In this document: positions 36,812 to 46,366 of the stretch, in pieces
Position numbering within the stretch: position 1 is the stretch's first letter
Layout: each line of letters opens with the position of its first letter
Origin: Spirochaetaceae bacterium
Lineage (GTDB): Bacteria; Spirochaetota; Spirochaetia; Treponematales; Treponemataceae
Reading direction: 5' to 3'
Assembly: GCA_017622135.1 (NCBI GenBank)
Contig: JAGARR010000053.1
Span: forward strand, 39,340 to 103,339
Length of the DNA stretch: 64,000 bases
Notes under the pieces: model-generated
What the model saw: only the letters and a program-made list of their open reading frames with translations
Told to the model about the DNA's origin: nothing
Databases searched by the model: none
Position numbers and translations under genes: made by a program

Positions 36812-36825
36812 AGTATTCCTCCGCT

Positions 36826-37158
36826 TTATTCAGCAATTATTTCCGTAAAAGCTACATACTGCGGATACTCAACTTGCAGGGACTGTAACCCTACCCGCAA
36901 AAAATCCGCCGTATATATCAATCGGGATTCATCATCAATCCCATCCTGCACCCGGAACTCCAAGTTTCCCGGAACAGGAGCATTTACCTCAACCGATGCC
37001 CCGCAAGTATCCAACAAGACCTGCGCTGCCGTCCGCAACAAAACCGTGGCGGCGGCACACACAATGTCACAACCAGTCGGAGCATACCCCGCATGACCCT
37101 TCCCGCAACAGGAACGGAACTGACCGTCCCTGCCACACGTCAGGCACACTTCCATCAT
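36826..37158 (-). CDS. prp: Prp-family cysteine protease (ribosomal-processing protease homologue)
   Basis: 110 aa between rplU and rpmA with the conserved GHA...DIVCAA His/Cys motif. Confidence 0.85.
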   Translation of the reverse strand: MMEVCLTCGRDGQFRSCCGKGHAGYAPTGCDIVCAAATVLLRTAAQVLLDTCGASVEVNAPVPGNLEFRVQDGIDDESRLIYTADFLRVGLQSLQVEYPQYVAFTEIIAE

Positions 37159-37472
37159 TAGGCTACGACAATCTCCTGCACACGAATGGTGGTGTACTCC
37201 TGGCGATGACCGATAGTCCGGTGGTAGTCCTTCTTGCTCTTGTACTTGTATACAATAACCTTCTTGTCCCGGATGGAATCCTCGACAATAGCCTTCACCT
37301 TGGCACCCTTTACATAGGGAGCACCAACGCTGACAGAACCATCGTTGCTCACCAACAAAACGGTGTCAATCTCGATGGTCGCGCCCTTTTCGGCATCAAT
37401 CTTGTCAACCTGAATCAGAGCGTCCTTCTCTGCCTTATACTGCTTGCCCTTATACTCTACAAGTGCGTACAT
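37158..37472 (-). CDS. rplU: 50S ribosomal protein L21
   Basis: MYALVEYKGKQYKAEKD... and KKDYHRTIGHRQ. Confidence 0.95.
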   Translation of the reverse strand: MYALVEYKGKQYKAEKDALIQVDKIDAEKGATIEIDTVLLVSNDGSVSVGAPYVKGAKVKAIVEDSIRDKKVIVYKYKSKKDYHRTIGHRQEYTTIRVQEIVVA

Positions 37473-37569
37473 CTGTTACCTCTGTATGTCTTTATTCTGG
37501 GACAAAGAATCCCACCAACGCTCCGGTACTAACGGGACATACCGAAATCGTATTATATGATTAGAAGCC

Positions 37570-37599
37570 ATTATATCGGACTTTATGGGATATAGTCAA
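37570..37599 (-). promoter_or_regulatory. Sigma-70 promoter candidate for rplU-prp-rpmA (TTGACT, 18-bp spacer, TATAAT)
   Basis: Minus strand reads TTGACT (37599-37594), an 18-bp spacer, then TATAAT (37575-37570), about 95 nt upstream of the rplU ATG. Confidence 0.55.
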
Positions 37600-37648
37600 G
37601 CGTAAAACTTCTAAACCATAAAGTTTTCCATCCGATAATGGTTTCCGG

Positions 37649-39442
37649 CTACATGGTCTCCAAAAAGGGAACCAGAATCAGCTCCAGGCCATTCTCCAGC
37701 ACCTGCCGGGTGCAGGTCACCAAGAAGAGACGTGCGGCGGCCAATTCCCTATTCTCCTGGGCTAGGGACAACGTTGGACACTCGTGGTAGAAACGACTGA
37801 AAGCCTTAGCTACATCATAGAGATAGCCCGCCAGCTGGGAGGGATCCAGATTCTGGGCCGCCTTCAGCAGCACCTTGGGATACTGCTCCAACACCTTCAC
37901 CAGCTCCCATTCGGCATCATGGCACAACAATCCTGCAGCCTGGGTGGCGGAAAGGGGTGCAAGTCCGGCCTCCTGAGCCTTCCGCAGGATAGAGCATATT
38001 CTCGCCCCCATATACTGAAGGTAGGGTCCAGTGTCTCCATTGAAGGAAAGGGACTCCTTGGGATTGAACAGCATGTCCTTGGTGGGTGTCGCCTTCAGCA
38101 GGTAGTAATGGAGGGCACCCAGGGCAATCTTTTCCGCAACAGCGGCAGGGTCTCCCACGGCCTCCTCACGGCCCTTGGCGGTAATCTCCTCCAGGGCACC
38201 ATCCCGCAGGCTGTTGATGAGGTCGTCGGCGTCAACCACCGTACCCTCTCGGCTCTTCATCTTGCCCTCCGGCAGGTTCACCATGCCGTAGGACAGGTGG
38301 TACAGCTGGTCCGCCCACTGGTAGCCCAATTTTTTCAGCACATAGAACAGCACCTTGAAGTGGTACTGCTGCTCGCTACCCACCACGTAGACCAGCTGAT
38401 TGAAGGGCCAGTCACCGTGGCGGTAAATGGCAGTACCAATGTCCTGGGTCATGTAGAGGGCGGTGCCGTCCTTCCGCAGCAGCACCTTCTTGTCCAGGTT
38501 GATTTCCTCCAAGTCCACCCATACGGAGCCGTCCTCCTCCTTGTAGAAGATGCCGTCCTCCAGCCCCTTGAGAATTTCGTCCCTTCCCTTCAGGTAGGTC
38601 TCGCTCTCGTAGTACAGCTTGTCAAAGGTGATGCCTGTCCGCTGGTAGGTCTGGGTGATGCCCTGAATGGCCCACTCGTTCATCTGCTTCCAAAGCTGGT
38701 GGACCTCCTGGTCTCCCTGCTCCCACTTCACCAAGAGCTCCTGGGCCAGCTTTTCGGCGGAGGAGTCCTCCTTGTTCCACTTGTCGAACTCAACGTAGCA
38801 GTCGCCGACAAAGCGGTCGCTCTTGAGGCCGAGGCTTTCCGGGGTCTCCCCCTTCTCCTGGTGGAATTTCTGGTAAGCCAGCATGGACTTGCAGATATGA
38901 ACACCACGGTTGTTGATGATGTTCACCTTGAAGACCGCTGCACCGGCTGCTTTGAGGATGCGGGAGATGCTCTCTCCCAGTGCGTCGTTTCGCAGGTGGC
39001 CCAGATGCAGGGGCTTGTTAGTGTTGGGGCTGGAGAATTCCACCATGACCCGGCGGCCCTCCAAAAATTTCGTGCCTTCCTCAGCAAGGGAACCATACTG
39101 CTCCTTCTGACTGGCAATCTTGTCAAGGATACCACAGATGGCCGCCGCCTTGTTCAGCTTGACGTTGATGTAGGGACCCACCGCTGCAAAGGATCCCACG
39201 GCGGAGGTGCCCTCCTGCTGCTGCACCAAGGCCACCACCTTCGCCGCAATGGCAGGAGGAGCCTGTCGGAAGGATTTTGCAAAGGGAAACAGGGGGATTC
39301 CCACATCCCCCATATCGGGGTTTGGTGGAGTCTCCATCACCAGGGCCGCCGCCGTGGTCACGTCCCCCACGCCCAGTTCTTTACCGAATGCATTCAAGGC
39401 ATCCGCCACTAAAATCCGGCACTGCTCCTTCAAGTCTGCCAT
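37649..39442 (-). CDS. argS: Arginine--tRNA ligase
   Basis: 597 aa with SSPNTNKPLHLGHLRN (HIGH region) and the class I ArgRS anticodon-binding C-terminus ending ...ETM. Confidence 0.95.
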   Translation of the reverse strand: MADLKEQCRILVADALNAFGKELGVGDVTTAAALVMETPPNPDMGDVGIPLFPFAKSFRQAPPAIAAKVVALVQQQEGTSAVGSFAAVGPYINVKLNKAAAICGILDKIASQKEQYGSLAEEGTKFLEGRRVMVEFSSPNTNKPLHLGHLRNDALGESISRILKAAGAAVFKVNIINNRGVHICKSMLAYQKFHQEKGETPESLGLKSDRFVGDCYVEFDKWNKEDSSAEKLAQELLVKWEQGDQEVHQLWKQMNEWAIQGITQTYQRTGITFDKLYYESETYLKGRDEILKGLEDGIFYKEEDGSVWVDLEEINLDKKVLLRKDGTALYMTQDIGTAIYRHGDWPFNQLVYVVGSEQQYHFKVLFYVLKKLGYQWADQLYHLSYGMVNLPEGKMKSREGTVVDADDLINSLRDGALEEITAKGREEAVGDPAAVAEKIALGALHYYLLKATPTKDMLFNPKESLSFNGDTGPYLQYMGARICSILRKAQEAGLAPLSATQAAGLLCHDAEWELVKVLEQYPKVLLKAAQNLDPSQLAGYLYDVAKAFSRFYHECPTLSLAQENRELAAARLFLVTCTRQVLENGLELILVPFLETM

Positions 39443-39569
39443 AACACCATCCTAAAAATAAACTTGGAAAGAACATACTATCAAAAAACATGATTTTGTT
39501 CTATAACGTGGCGGAACGTAGCGGAATCTGGATGACCATGAACAAAGCTGCAAGGCAGCGGCGGCAAGG

Positions 39570-40448
39570 CTATCTGACGAAGGCCATCATGGTAGTAAAG
39601 CGGCGGAGTTTTTCCTCCAAGACCATCTCTGCCGGCAAGGAAGCCGTTTCCCGACGGAAGGAGCCCAGACGAGGGTCGCAGCAGGTACAGTCGCTGCAGC
39701 AGAAAACATTGTCCTCTGGCACCCCAAAGTCCCGCAGCAGATTGATGTTCGCCCGGGCAAGGGAAAGGCTATTGGGAGGCAGGATACAGGAGGAACCAAA
39801 ATTGGTGACAAAATACTGGATTCGCTCCTCCTCCACCTGATAGCAGCAGGACTGGATGTGGGGCCCAACCACCACGGAAAAGCCCTGGGGCTTGGCTCCG
39901 TACAACTGTTCCGCCAACTTTATAGCCTCCCCTACAATGCCGGTTCCCTTCCAGCCGGAATGCACCACCCCGCAGCACCCAGTTCCTTGGTGATAGAGGA
40001 AGATGGGAAGACAGTCTGCCACCGTCACCACCGGCACAATTCCCTTGCATCTGGTTATGAGTCCATCTCCACGACACAAGTCCAGGGCCTCGGGATGGCT
40101 TCCCGCCCTGCCCTCCAGCATTAGCCTTCCATCCTCATCCTGAGTCAGGGCAAAGACCACCTGGGAATGAATCAGCTCCACCGGCACGGAAACAGGTTGC
40201 GTTGCAGGAAAAGTTAGCAGTGGAACAGCGGGGCCTGAGGCGGGAGAGAAGATTCCCTCCTGCAGGAAAAACTCAGTGCGACGGGAATTTTCCTCATTCC
40301 AGCGGAATCGCATGGAACCAGCGGCGGCAGTAGTGAGATGGCAGCGGGGATGAGATTTTTCCAAGGGACAGCCCTGGAAAAAAAACGGCAGGGACAAGAG
40401 GTCATCCCTGCCGGAATTGGATAGAGTGAAGGCAGAACCTTGTATCAC
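39570..40448 (-). CDS. pgeF: Peptidoglycan editing factor PgeF / YfiH (DUF152, laccase-domain) family
   Basis: Motifs VADCLPIFL and VVHSGWKGT. Confidence 0.85.
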   Translation of the reverse strand: MIQGSAFTLSNSGRDDLLSLPFFFQGCPLEKSHPRCHLTTAAAGSMRFRWNEENSRRTEFFLQEGIFSPASGPAVPLLTFPATQPVSVPVELIHSQVVFALTQDEDGRLMLEGRAGSHPEALDLCRGDGLITRCKGIVPVVTVADCLPIFLYHQGTGCCGVVHSGWKGTGIVGEAIKLAEQLYGAKPQGFSVVVGPHIQSCCYQVEEERIQYFVTNFGSSCILPPNSLSLARANINLLRDFGVPEDNVFCCSDCTCCDPRLGSFRRETASLPAEMVLEEKLRRFTTMMAFVR

Positions 40449-40454
40449 AGCAGC

Positions 40455-42134
40455 CTACCGGATTGTCTCAAGGTCCTTGATGACTTCCAAAGCCCGCTCA
40501 AAGCCCAACTGCATCTCGTCCAGCTTGTGACGGAACTTCTCGTTGTACTGCCCCTGGATGGAAGACAGGTTGGACAGGGTGTCGTAGCGGGAATTCCTTG
40601 CACCAGTGATGATTCCCTTGAGGATGAGCTCCACAGAACGGGAGGAGGCACACCACTGGGCGAGAATCAGGGCCGCATCGGTCTCCAAGGACTTCATCAG
40701 TGAGTCCAGCTTTGCCTTGTCCTTTGGATTCAGCATATTCTGCTGCATAAGATTCTCAAACATGATGCCGGCCTCTCCGTCAGGAGCAACGCTTGCCTTG
40801 AACCTGTTGAGGGCGGCCCGCTGGCGGTCCAGCTCGGCACAAACATCTGTCAGCTCAATGAGGTTTTCCTTCTGGTAGAACACACCCTCCACCATCAGGA
40901 TTTTCAGCAGCTTGGCATAATCAGGATAAACATCATCGTAGAAGACTGAGATGAATCCCAGCACGTAGTCGTACATGAAGGAAACCCCACCGAGAATCTT
41001 CCGCCAAGGCCTACAGGGCAACACAGGAAGATGCTTGAATCCAAAAGTCTGCCTCAGCACATCCTCTGCTAGGTGCTTCTTCCTTTCGGCAATCCACTGG
41101 TCCCACTGCTTGTCAAAATTCCTGCGCCAGGCGGACTTGTACTTGACGAACCAGTCCTCGCTTCCCTCAGGTTTGTCGGGAAGCCAGAAGGCATCGAACC
41201 ACACAATGGAACCAACGGACCTCATGGGCACAGTGGAGATGAACATCTTGATCATGGCAATGTGGGACGCTGCATCCTCCATGTATTTTGACATCCTGTC
41301 AGTGAAAATGTCCTTGTTGGCCTCGGACATATTGAAGGACAACACGAAGAAAGCCTCCAGCACCTCGGACTGTATATTTTTTCCATGGCACAGCACCTTG
41401 GCAAACTGTGCGATCTCGTTCTTCACGTTGTCGAAGGGACAGACCAGTTGACCGTTCTCCTCGGTGAAGGCAGAAAGAATCCTCTTGAAGGGCAGATGCA
41501 CAAACTGGCGGATCCACTCGGTATTGCAGACGGCACCGTACAGGGCAGCCCGCTTGATGGAAGGCATGCCCTGGACGATGGACTCGAGATTCCGCACCAT
41601 AGAAAGGCGAAGCTCGCTGGTAACCTCCCTGGAGAAGGGAAGTTTCAGGGGATTTACCTCCTCCGCAATTCTTTCATTCACCTCGGGAGCGATGAGGGAG
41701 GAGAGGAACACATCGAATCCTCCCTGGTCAGCGTCATAAGCTTCGATGCCCCCCTCAAAGAACTCAGCACACTTACTCAGTTCCTCCACCTGATCAAAGA
41801 AGCCTTTCAGGAACATGCGGCGGGTAATATCGATGAGGCCGGGCTCCCTCTTTTCTATGTCATGTCCCTTCTTGAGGACAATCTGGGCATTATACAATGT
41901 CTTGATGTCGGTATTGGTAAACACTGATTTGATCATCAGCCAAATCCGAGTGAAAAAGGACTCGTTCTTCAGCTGCAACTCAATGTCAGGTACAATTTTT
42001 GGTCCCTGCATCTCCACAGACACCAGGGACTGGCTTTCTGGATTGACGATAGCCTGCACCTTTTCCAGCATTGCTGCCCGCTCCGCCGGGGTGAGAGAAA
42101 CTACCATACGGTCAAAAGATGAGTAAGAATCCAT
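40455..42134 (-). CDS. Hypothetical protein (559 aa, helical, no recognised motif)
   Basis: Long uninterrupted ORF with core-like codon usage. No motif I can name. Confidence 0.7.
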   Translation of the reverse strand: MDSYSSFDRMVVSLTPAERAAMLEKVQAIVNPESQSLVSVEMQGPKIVPDIELQLKNESFFTRIWLMIKSVFTNTDIKTLYNAQIVLKKGHDIEKREPGLIDITRRMFLKGFFDQVEELSKCAEFFEGGIEAYDADQGGFDVFLSSLIAPEVNERIAEEVNPLKLPFSREVTSELRLSMVRNLESIVQGMPSIKRAALYGAVCNTEWIRQFVHLPFKRILSAFTEENGQLVCPFDNVKNEIAQFAKVLCHGKNIQSEVLEAFFVLSFNMSEANKDIFTDRMSKYMEDAASHIAMIKMFISTVPMRSVGSIVWFDAFWLPDKPEGSEDWFVKYKSAWRRNFDKQWDQWIAERKKHLAEDVLRQTFGFKHLPVLPCRPWRKILGGVSFMYDYVLGFISVFYDDVYPDYAKLLKILMVEGVFYQKENLIELTDVCAELDRQRAALNRFKASVAPDGEAGIMFENLMQQNMLNPKDKAKLDSLMKSLETDAALILAQWCASSRSVELILKGIITGARNSRYDTLSNLSSIQGQYNEKFRHKLDEMQLGFERALEVIKDLETIR

Positions 42135-42270
42135 AATAATATATTCTAGAACAGAAAAAATCCCCTGTCAACCGAGTTTTTCTTCATTTGCAAAACATTC
42201 CATAACATACCAAAACTGAGAATGTTACTGCATCATGGAGCTTTTCATTCAATTTTGACGCAGGACAACG

Positions 42271-43293
42271 CTACCGTCTGGCCTTGAGTCCCCGCTTGAA
42301 CTGGGGGATTCTGGCAGAGGCAGTGGTGCTCCAGGGACTGGTTTCCCCCTGCTTCAGGTACTGGTAGCCTAGGCCCGCAATCATGGCACCGTTGTCGGTA
42401 CAGAGCTTCAGGGGCGGGAATATACAGGTGAGCTCCTTGCGGGCCGCCAGCATCTCCCGAAGCCGTGAGTTGGCTGCCACCCCGCCGCCGGCCACAATGG
42501 TGGTGAGGCCGGTATCCTCCACTGCCCGCAGAATCCTCGTGACGAGAATTCGTACCGCCGTCTCCTGGAAGGCCGCCGCAATGTTCTCCGGTGTCTTGGG
42601 GAAATCGGGATTCCAGAACTGGTCAATCTGGTTGATGACGGCGGTCTTGAGGCCGGAATAGGACACATCGTAGCGGTGCTCCCCCTTGTGGAGGGAGGGA
42701 ATAGGAAAGCTCGCGGCCTTGGGATTCCCCTCCTTGGCCAGCTTGTCGATGATGAGGCCGCCGGGATAGCCAAGACCGTAGAATTTTGCCACCTTGTCGA
42801 AGGCCTCACCGGGAGCGTCGTCCACGGTGGTACCCAGAACGGTGATGTCGTCAAAGCCAGCCACCCTGCAGATGATGCAGTGGCCGCCAGAAACCAGCAG
42901 TCCCAGGTAGGGATAGGCGATGTCCTGGAAAAGGTGGGCGGCATAGAGGTGGGCCAGCATGTGGTTCACCGCAATGAAGGGCTTGTTCCGGGACCAGGCC
43001 AGGGTTTTGGCAAAGGTGAGCCCCACCAGCAGGGAGCCCATGAGTCCCGGCCGATTGGTGGCGGCAATGCCGTCAATGTCCTCTAGGGTGAGACTCGCCT
43101 CGTCAAGGGCCTGCTGCACCACCGGCATAATCCACTCGGCGTGCTTGCGGCTGGCAATCTCCGGCACCACCCCGTTGAACTGCTGGTGGAAGGGAATCTG
43201 GGTGGCCACCACATTGCTAAGGATGGTCCTACCGTCCTCCACAATGGCTGCCGCCGTCTCGTCACAGGACGACTCAACTCCCAAAATTCTCAT
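42271..43293 (-). CDS. tsaD: tRNA N6-adenosine threonylcarbamoyltransferase TsaD
   Basis: MRILGVESSCDETAAAIV..., HMLAHL and SGGH. Kae1/TsaD signature. Confidence 0.95.
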   Translation of the reverse strand: MRILGVESSCDETAAAIVEDGRTILSNVVATQIPFHQQFNGVVPEIASRKHAEWIMPVVQQALDEASLTLEDIDGIAATNRPGLMGSLLVGLTFAKTLAWSRNKPFIAVNHMLAHLYAAHLFQDIAYPYLGLLVSGGHCIICRVAGFDDITVLGTTVDDAPGEAFDKVAKFYGLGYPGGLIIDKLAKEGNPKAASFPIPSLHKGEHRYDVSYSGLKTAVINQIDQFWNPDFPKTPENIAAAFQETAVRILVTRILRAVEDTGLTTIVAGGGVAANSRLREMLAARKELTCIFPPLKLCTDNGAMIAGLGYQYLKQGETSPWSTTASARIPQFKRGLKARR

Positions 43294-44611
43294 ACAAACC
43301 TCCCACCGTTGAAAATGAATAGCCTTGGGCCTTCAGCACAGGATACAATTCTTGCATGATTTGTGCAAGGTTGCTGCCAGACCATACGTGACCAATCATG
43401 ATGGCGTAGCCCTTCTTGTTGGCCACGGCAAGACCCCGTTGGATTTGCTCCAGAATATCGGCTCGTTTCTGCGTATTGTCCAAGAACACATCCCGTTCCC
43501 AAATCTTTGCTCCCAGCTCCAAGGCAGCTTGGGGTGCGGCAGTGGCGGAGGTGGTGCGGGAGTCCAGGAAGAAGATGCCCTGCTTCTGACAGATTTCTAT
43601 CACCTTGCCCACCTTCACCTTTGATTCGGTAATGAGGGAGCCCTCGTGGTTGTTCATGCCCGCCACCGGACCAATTTCCAGGAGATTCTTCCTGACGATG
43701 GCATCGATTTCCGTGGTGGTCATGGTGGGCGTGATGGCTCCGGGGCCGGGATCGACAGAAAGGTTGATGGCCTGCATGGGCTGGTGCAGCAGCAGCTCGT
43801 GGCGGCCAGAGGCACGGACACGGCGGGCAGCCTCCACAGAATGGCTCAACTGGGGCAGCACCGCCACCGCCACAGGAAAGGGAAGATTCAGGTAGTGCTG
43901 GAGGTCAGAAAGACTCTGGCCGCCGTCATCCAGCACAAACACCAAGGTGGCTCCGGGACGAGCTGCGGGGATGGTGTAGTCCTTGGCCGCCACCGCGGTG
44001 CCGCCAGCAGACTGGCCGGCGGATGCACTTCCCGTGGAGGGGGGTGTCCCGGCACGTTCCGTGCCACCCATGGCCAACTGACGAGCCTGGCTTGAGGAAG
44101 CGCCACCATTGTAGGAGGCTGTGCTGCTTTCCTTGGGGGTACCGCTGGAAGATGTGTTTTTTGAGGATGAAGCCTTTTCTGCAGCCAGCTTTTCTGCACG
44201 AGCCTTTTCCGCAGCCAGCCTCTCAGCCGTTGTCTTTTCCCGGACGGAGGCTTGTTCCGCCGCATTCTTTTCTCGCTCAGCAGCCTTTTCTGCCTCCTTT
44301 GCCCGTTTCTCCGCCTCCGAAGCACGACGCTCGGCCTCTTTAGCCCGCCGCTCCGCCGCCTCCAGCTGGGCCACCACCTGGGCAACCCCGTCGTCCTGAA
44401 GGGGAACAGCCTCCACTGTAGCGGAATTTGCCAAGGCTTCCGGAGAGGAGCTCTCCTGGGAGACTGAGGCAGCGTCAGGCGTGGCGGACTGGGGCGAGGT
44501 GATGATGGCCACCGTCAGCATACAGGCGCAGACTGCCACAATGGTGGCTGCCAGTACAATCACCTGCTTTTTCTTCAATAAAACCTTTGGCTTCTTTTTC
44601 TTTTGGGCCAT
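43274..44611 (-). CDS. Divergent polysaccharide deacetylase family protein (YibQ-like) with TM anchor and Ala/Glu-rich linker
   Basis: C-terminal motifs FVLDDGGQS, LLHQPM, NNHEGS and IMIGHV. N-terminal TM helix plus an AEKRAKEAEKAAEREK repeat-like coiled region. Confidence 0.8.
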   Translation of the reverse strand: MAQKKKKPKVLLKKKQVIVLAATIVAVCACMLTVAIITSPQSATPDAASVSQESSSPEALANSATVEAVPLQDDGVAQVVAQLEAAERRAKEAERRASEAEKRAKEAEKAAEREKNAAEQASVREKTTAERLAAEKARAEKLAAEKASSSKNTSSSGTPKESSTASYNGGASSSQARQLAMGGTERAGTPPSTGSASAGQSAGGTAVAAKDYTIPAARPGATLVFVLDDGGQSLSDLQHYLNLPFPVAVAVLPQLSHSVEAARRVRASGRHELLLHQPMQAINLSVDPGPGAITPTMTTTEIDAIVRKNLLEIGPVAGMNNHEGSLITESKVKVGKVIEICQKQGIFFLDSRTTSATAAPQAALELGAKIWERDVFLDNTQKRADILEQIQRGLAVANKKGYAIMIGHVWSGSNLAQIMQELYPVLKAQGYSFSTVGGLYENFGS

Positions 44612-45465
44612 TATTCAATTTCCTCGCAAAAATTCTTGTGGATCAGGGAAAAGTACAGGGGGCCGCTGCCAAGGCTGTGGCTACAGTCCGGCAGAACATG
44701 GAAGCCCCGCTCCGTCACCTCCGGCGTTGGCAATGGGGCGCTACAGAATCTGGTCACGGCCGCTGGCACCGGCGGCAGCTCCCTGACAAGCTCCACATCG
44801 GCGAACTTTCCCTCCAGCCGCTCCACCACCTTGTCGTTTTCATCCGGGGACAGGGCGCAGGTAGCATACACCAGATAGCCTCCGGGATTCAGCATGCGAT
44901 AGGCAGAGGACAGGAGGGCCCACTGGGTCACCGCCAAGGTCTTGATCCGGGCGGGAGACCACTGCTCCAGGTGACGAGGGGAAGCCAGGACATGGCGCTC
45001 CGAGGAACAGGGTGCATCCAGCAGAATCCGGTCGAAGGCATTGGCGGGATTTCGGCAGAGGGTGGCCCCATCCCTTCCTGATATGGTGACACGGCGCCGC
45101 ACGGACTCACCCATGTGCTGATCCGCCACCCGATGGAGACGGGAAAGCCGCTCCCTGGAACGCTCGTTGGAAAGGAGGCAGGCATCCTCCTCCATGAGGG
45201 AGGAAATCACCAGCGTCTTGCCACCGGGAGCGGCACAAAGGTCCAGCAGGGAGGCAGCTCCATCCAGCGGCAGGCTCACCGCGGCACGAATGCTGGCACT
45301 GTCCAGATAATAGGCCGGTCGGCCTGGTTCTGTCTGCCAGGCGACAGGCTCCGACTCCTTCAACAGGGCCTGGTAAAGACCTGACCACCGCTGGCCGTAG
45401 AGCTGGCTGTAATATGACTGGAATCCTGACTCCCCCTGAAGCTTGTCCCGATCCTTCTTTCCCAT
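44611..45465 (-). CDS. NOL1/NOP2/Sun (RsmB/F-like) RNA m5C methyltransferase
   Basis: Start taken at ATG 45465 (MGKKDRDKLQ...). Motifs LDLCAAPGGKT, ILLDAPCSSE and YATCALSPDENDKVV. Confidence 0.8.
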   Translation of the reverse strand: MGKKDRDKLQGESGFQSYYSQLYGQRWSGLYQALLKESEPVAWQTEPGRPAYYLDSASIRAAVSLPLDGAASLLDLCAAPGGKTLVISSLMEEDACLLSNERSRERLSRLHRVADQHMGESVRRRVTISGRDGATLCRNPANAFDRILLDAPCSSERHVLASPRHLEQWSPARIKTLAVTQWALLSSAYRMLNPGGYLVYATCALSPDENDKVVERLEGKFADVELVRELPPVPAAVTRFCSAPLPTPEVTERGFHVLPDCSHSLGSGPLYFSLIHKNFCEEIE

Positions 45466-45562
45466 ATCAATCCTTCTTGATTCCTGAACGCAGGGAACCA
45501 CACCCCAGCCCCACTGGGAAGGCATGAGTCCTCGGCAGAAATCAACTATACAAATATACAGA

Positions 45563-46366
45563 TTATCGGCACAAAAATCCAGTGCAAGAGAGCCACAGGT
45601 TGTCCTCCTTGGGAGGGTGGCAGGCAAGGGACAGCTGCGCTCCCGTGATTGGATGGGGAAACACCAGCTTGTAGGCGTGGAGCCGGATGCCGCCACCCCG
45701 CTCCGACCGCTTGGCACCGTATTTCAAGTCACCCTTGATGGGGCGGCCGATGGAGGCCAGCTGGCAGCGGATCTGATGGCTGCGGCCGGTGAGGGGCTCC
45801 ACCACCAGAAAGTCGTAGCGGTCCCCCCGCCCCACCACCTTGTACCGCAGCCGGGCTTCCTTTGCACCCCGATGTCCAGGACTCACAATCCGTGACTTTT
45901 TCCGACTGGAGTCAAAGACCATGAGACAACTGAGCAGCTGCCACTCCCCAGTCTCCAGAAGGGCTCCTGGCGAGCAGTTTTCCACAGAGTCATGATTCTG
46001 GAGGAAGCGTTCCGTAACAGCACAGTAGGTCTTTTGGACCAATCCCTGGGCAAAGGCCTTTGACAGAGCTGACAGGGATTTTTCAGTCAAGGCAAGGATA
46101 CAAAGACCACTGACGGGCTGGTCAAGGCGATGGACGCACTGGCAGAGCTCCACCCCATGGCCCAGAGCTGCCTCAATGACGGGACGTATCCTGCGGGACA
46201 GGGACTGGGGCACTTTGTCTTGACAGAGCTCCCCCACTCCCTTGACCACCACAGCCAAGTCCTTGTCCAAGAACACAATGCCATCGGGAAGCTGGCGGCT
46301 GGCATCACTCACTGGTGCCCCCGAAGACTGAGCAGTACAGCTCCATTCCCTGCTGGTGGACAGCAT
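45563..46366 (-). CDS. RluA family pseudouridine synthase
   Basis: HRLDQPVSGLCILA catalytic motif and a C-terminal HQIRCQLA. The start is uncertain; GTG 46312 is an alternative that overlaps the upstream gene by only 8 nt. Confidence 0.85.
   Translation of the reverse strand: MLSTSREWSCTAQSSGAPVSDASRQLPDGIVFLDKDLAVVVKGVGELCQDKVPQSLSRRIRPVIEAALGHGVELCQCVHRLDQPVSGLCILALTEKSLSALSKAFAQGLVQKTYCAVTERFLQNHDSVENCSPGALLETGEWQLLSCLMVFDSSRKKSRIVSPGHRGAKEARLRYKVVGRGDRYDFLVVEPLTGRSHQIRCQLASIGRPIKGDLKYGAKRSERGGGIRLHAYKLVFPHPITGAQLSLACHPPKEDNLWLSCTGFLCR

Noticed and set aside
37784-39412. Very long antisense ORFs opposite well-supported genes. Examples: 542 aa opposite argS, 379 aa at 1077-2216 opposite pfp, 307 aa at 20085-21008 opposite smc, 371 aa at 26486-27601 and 327 aa at 30964-31947 opposite the efflux genes, 369 aa at 33143-34252 opposite the LCP gene, and several opposite thiP/thiQ.
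   Set aside because: Their translations are low-complexity (rich in G, L, V, H, Q, R), contain no motifs and mirror the codon structure of a GC-rich gene on the other strand. These are typical shadow ORFs.
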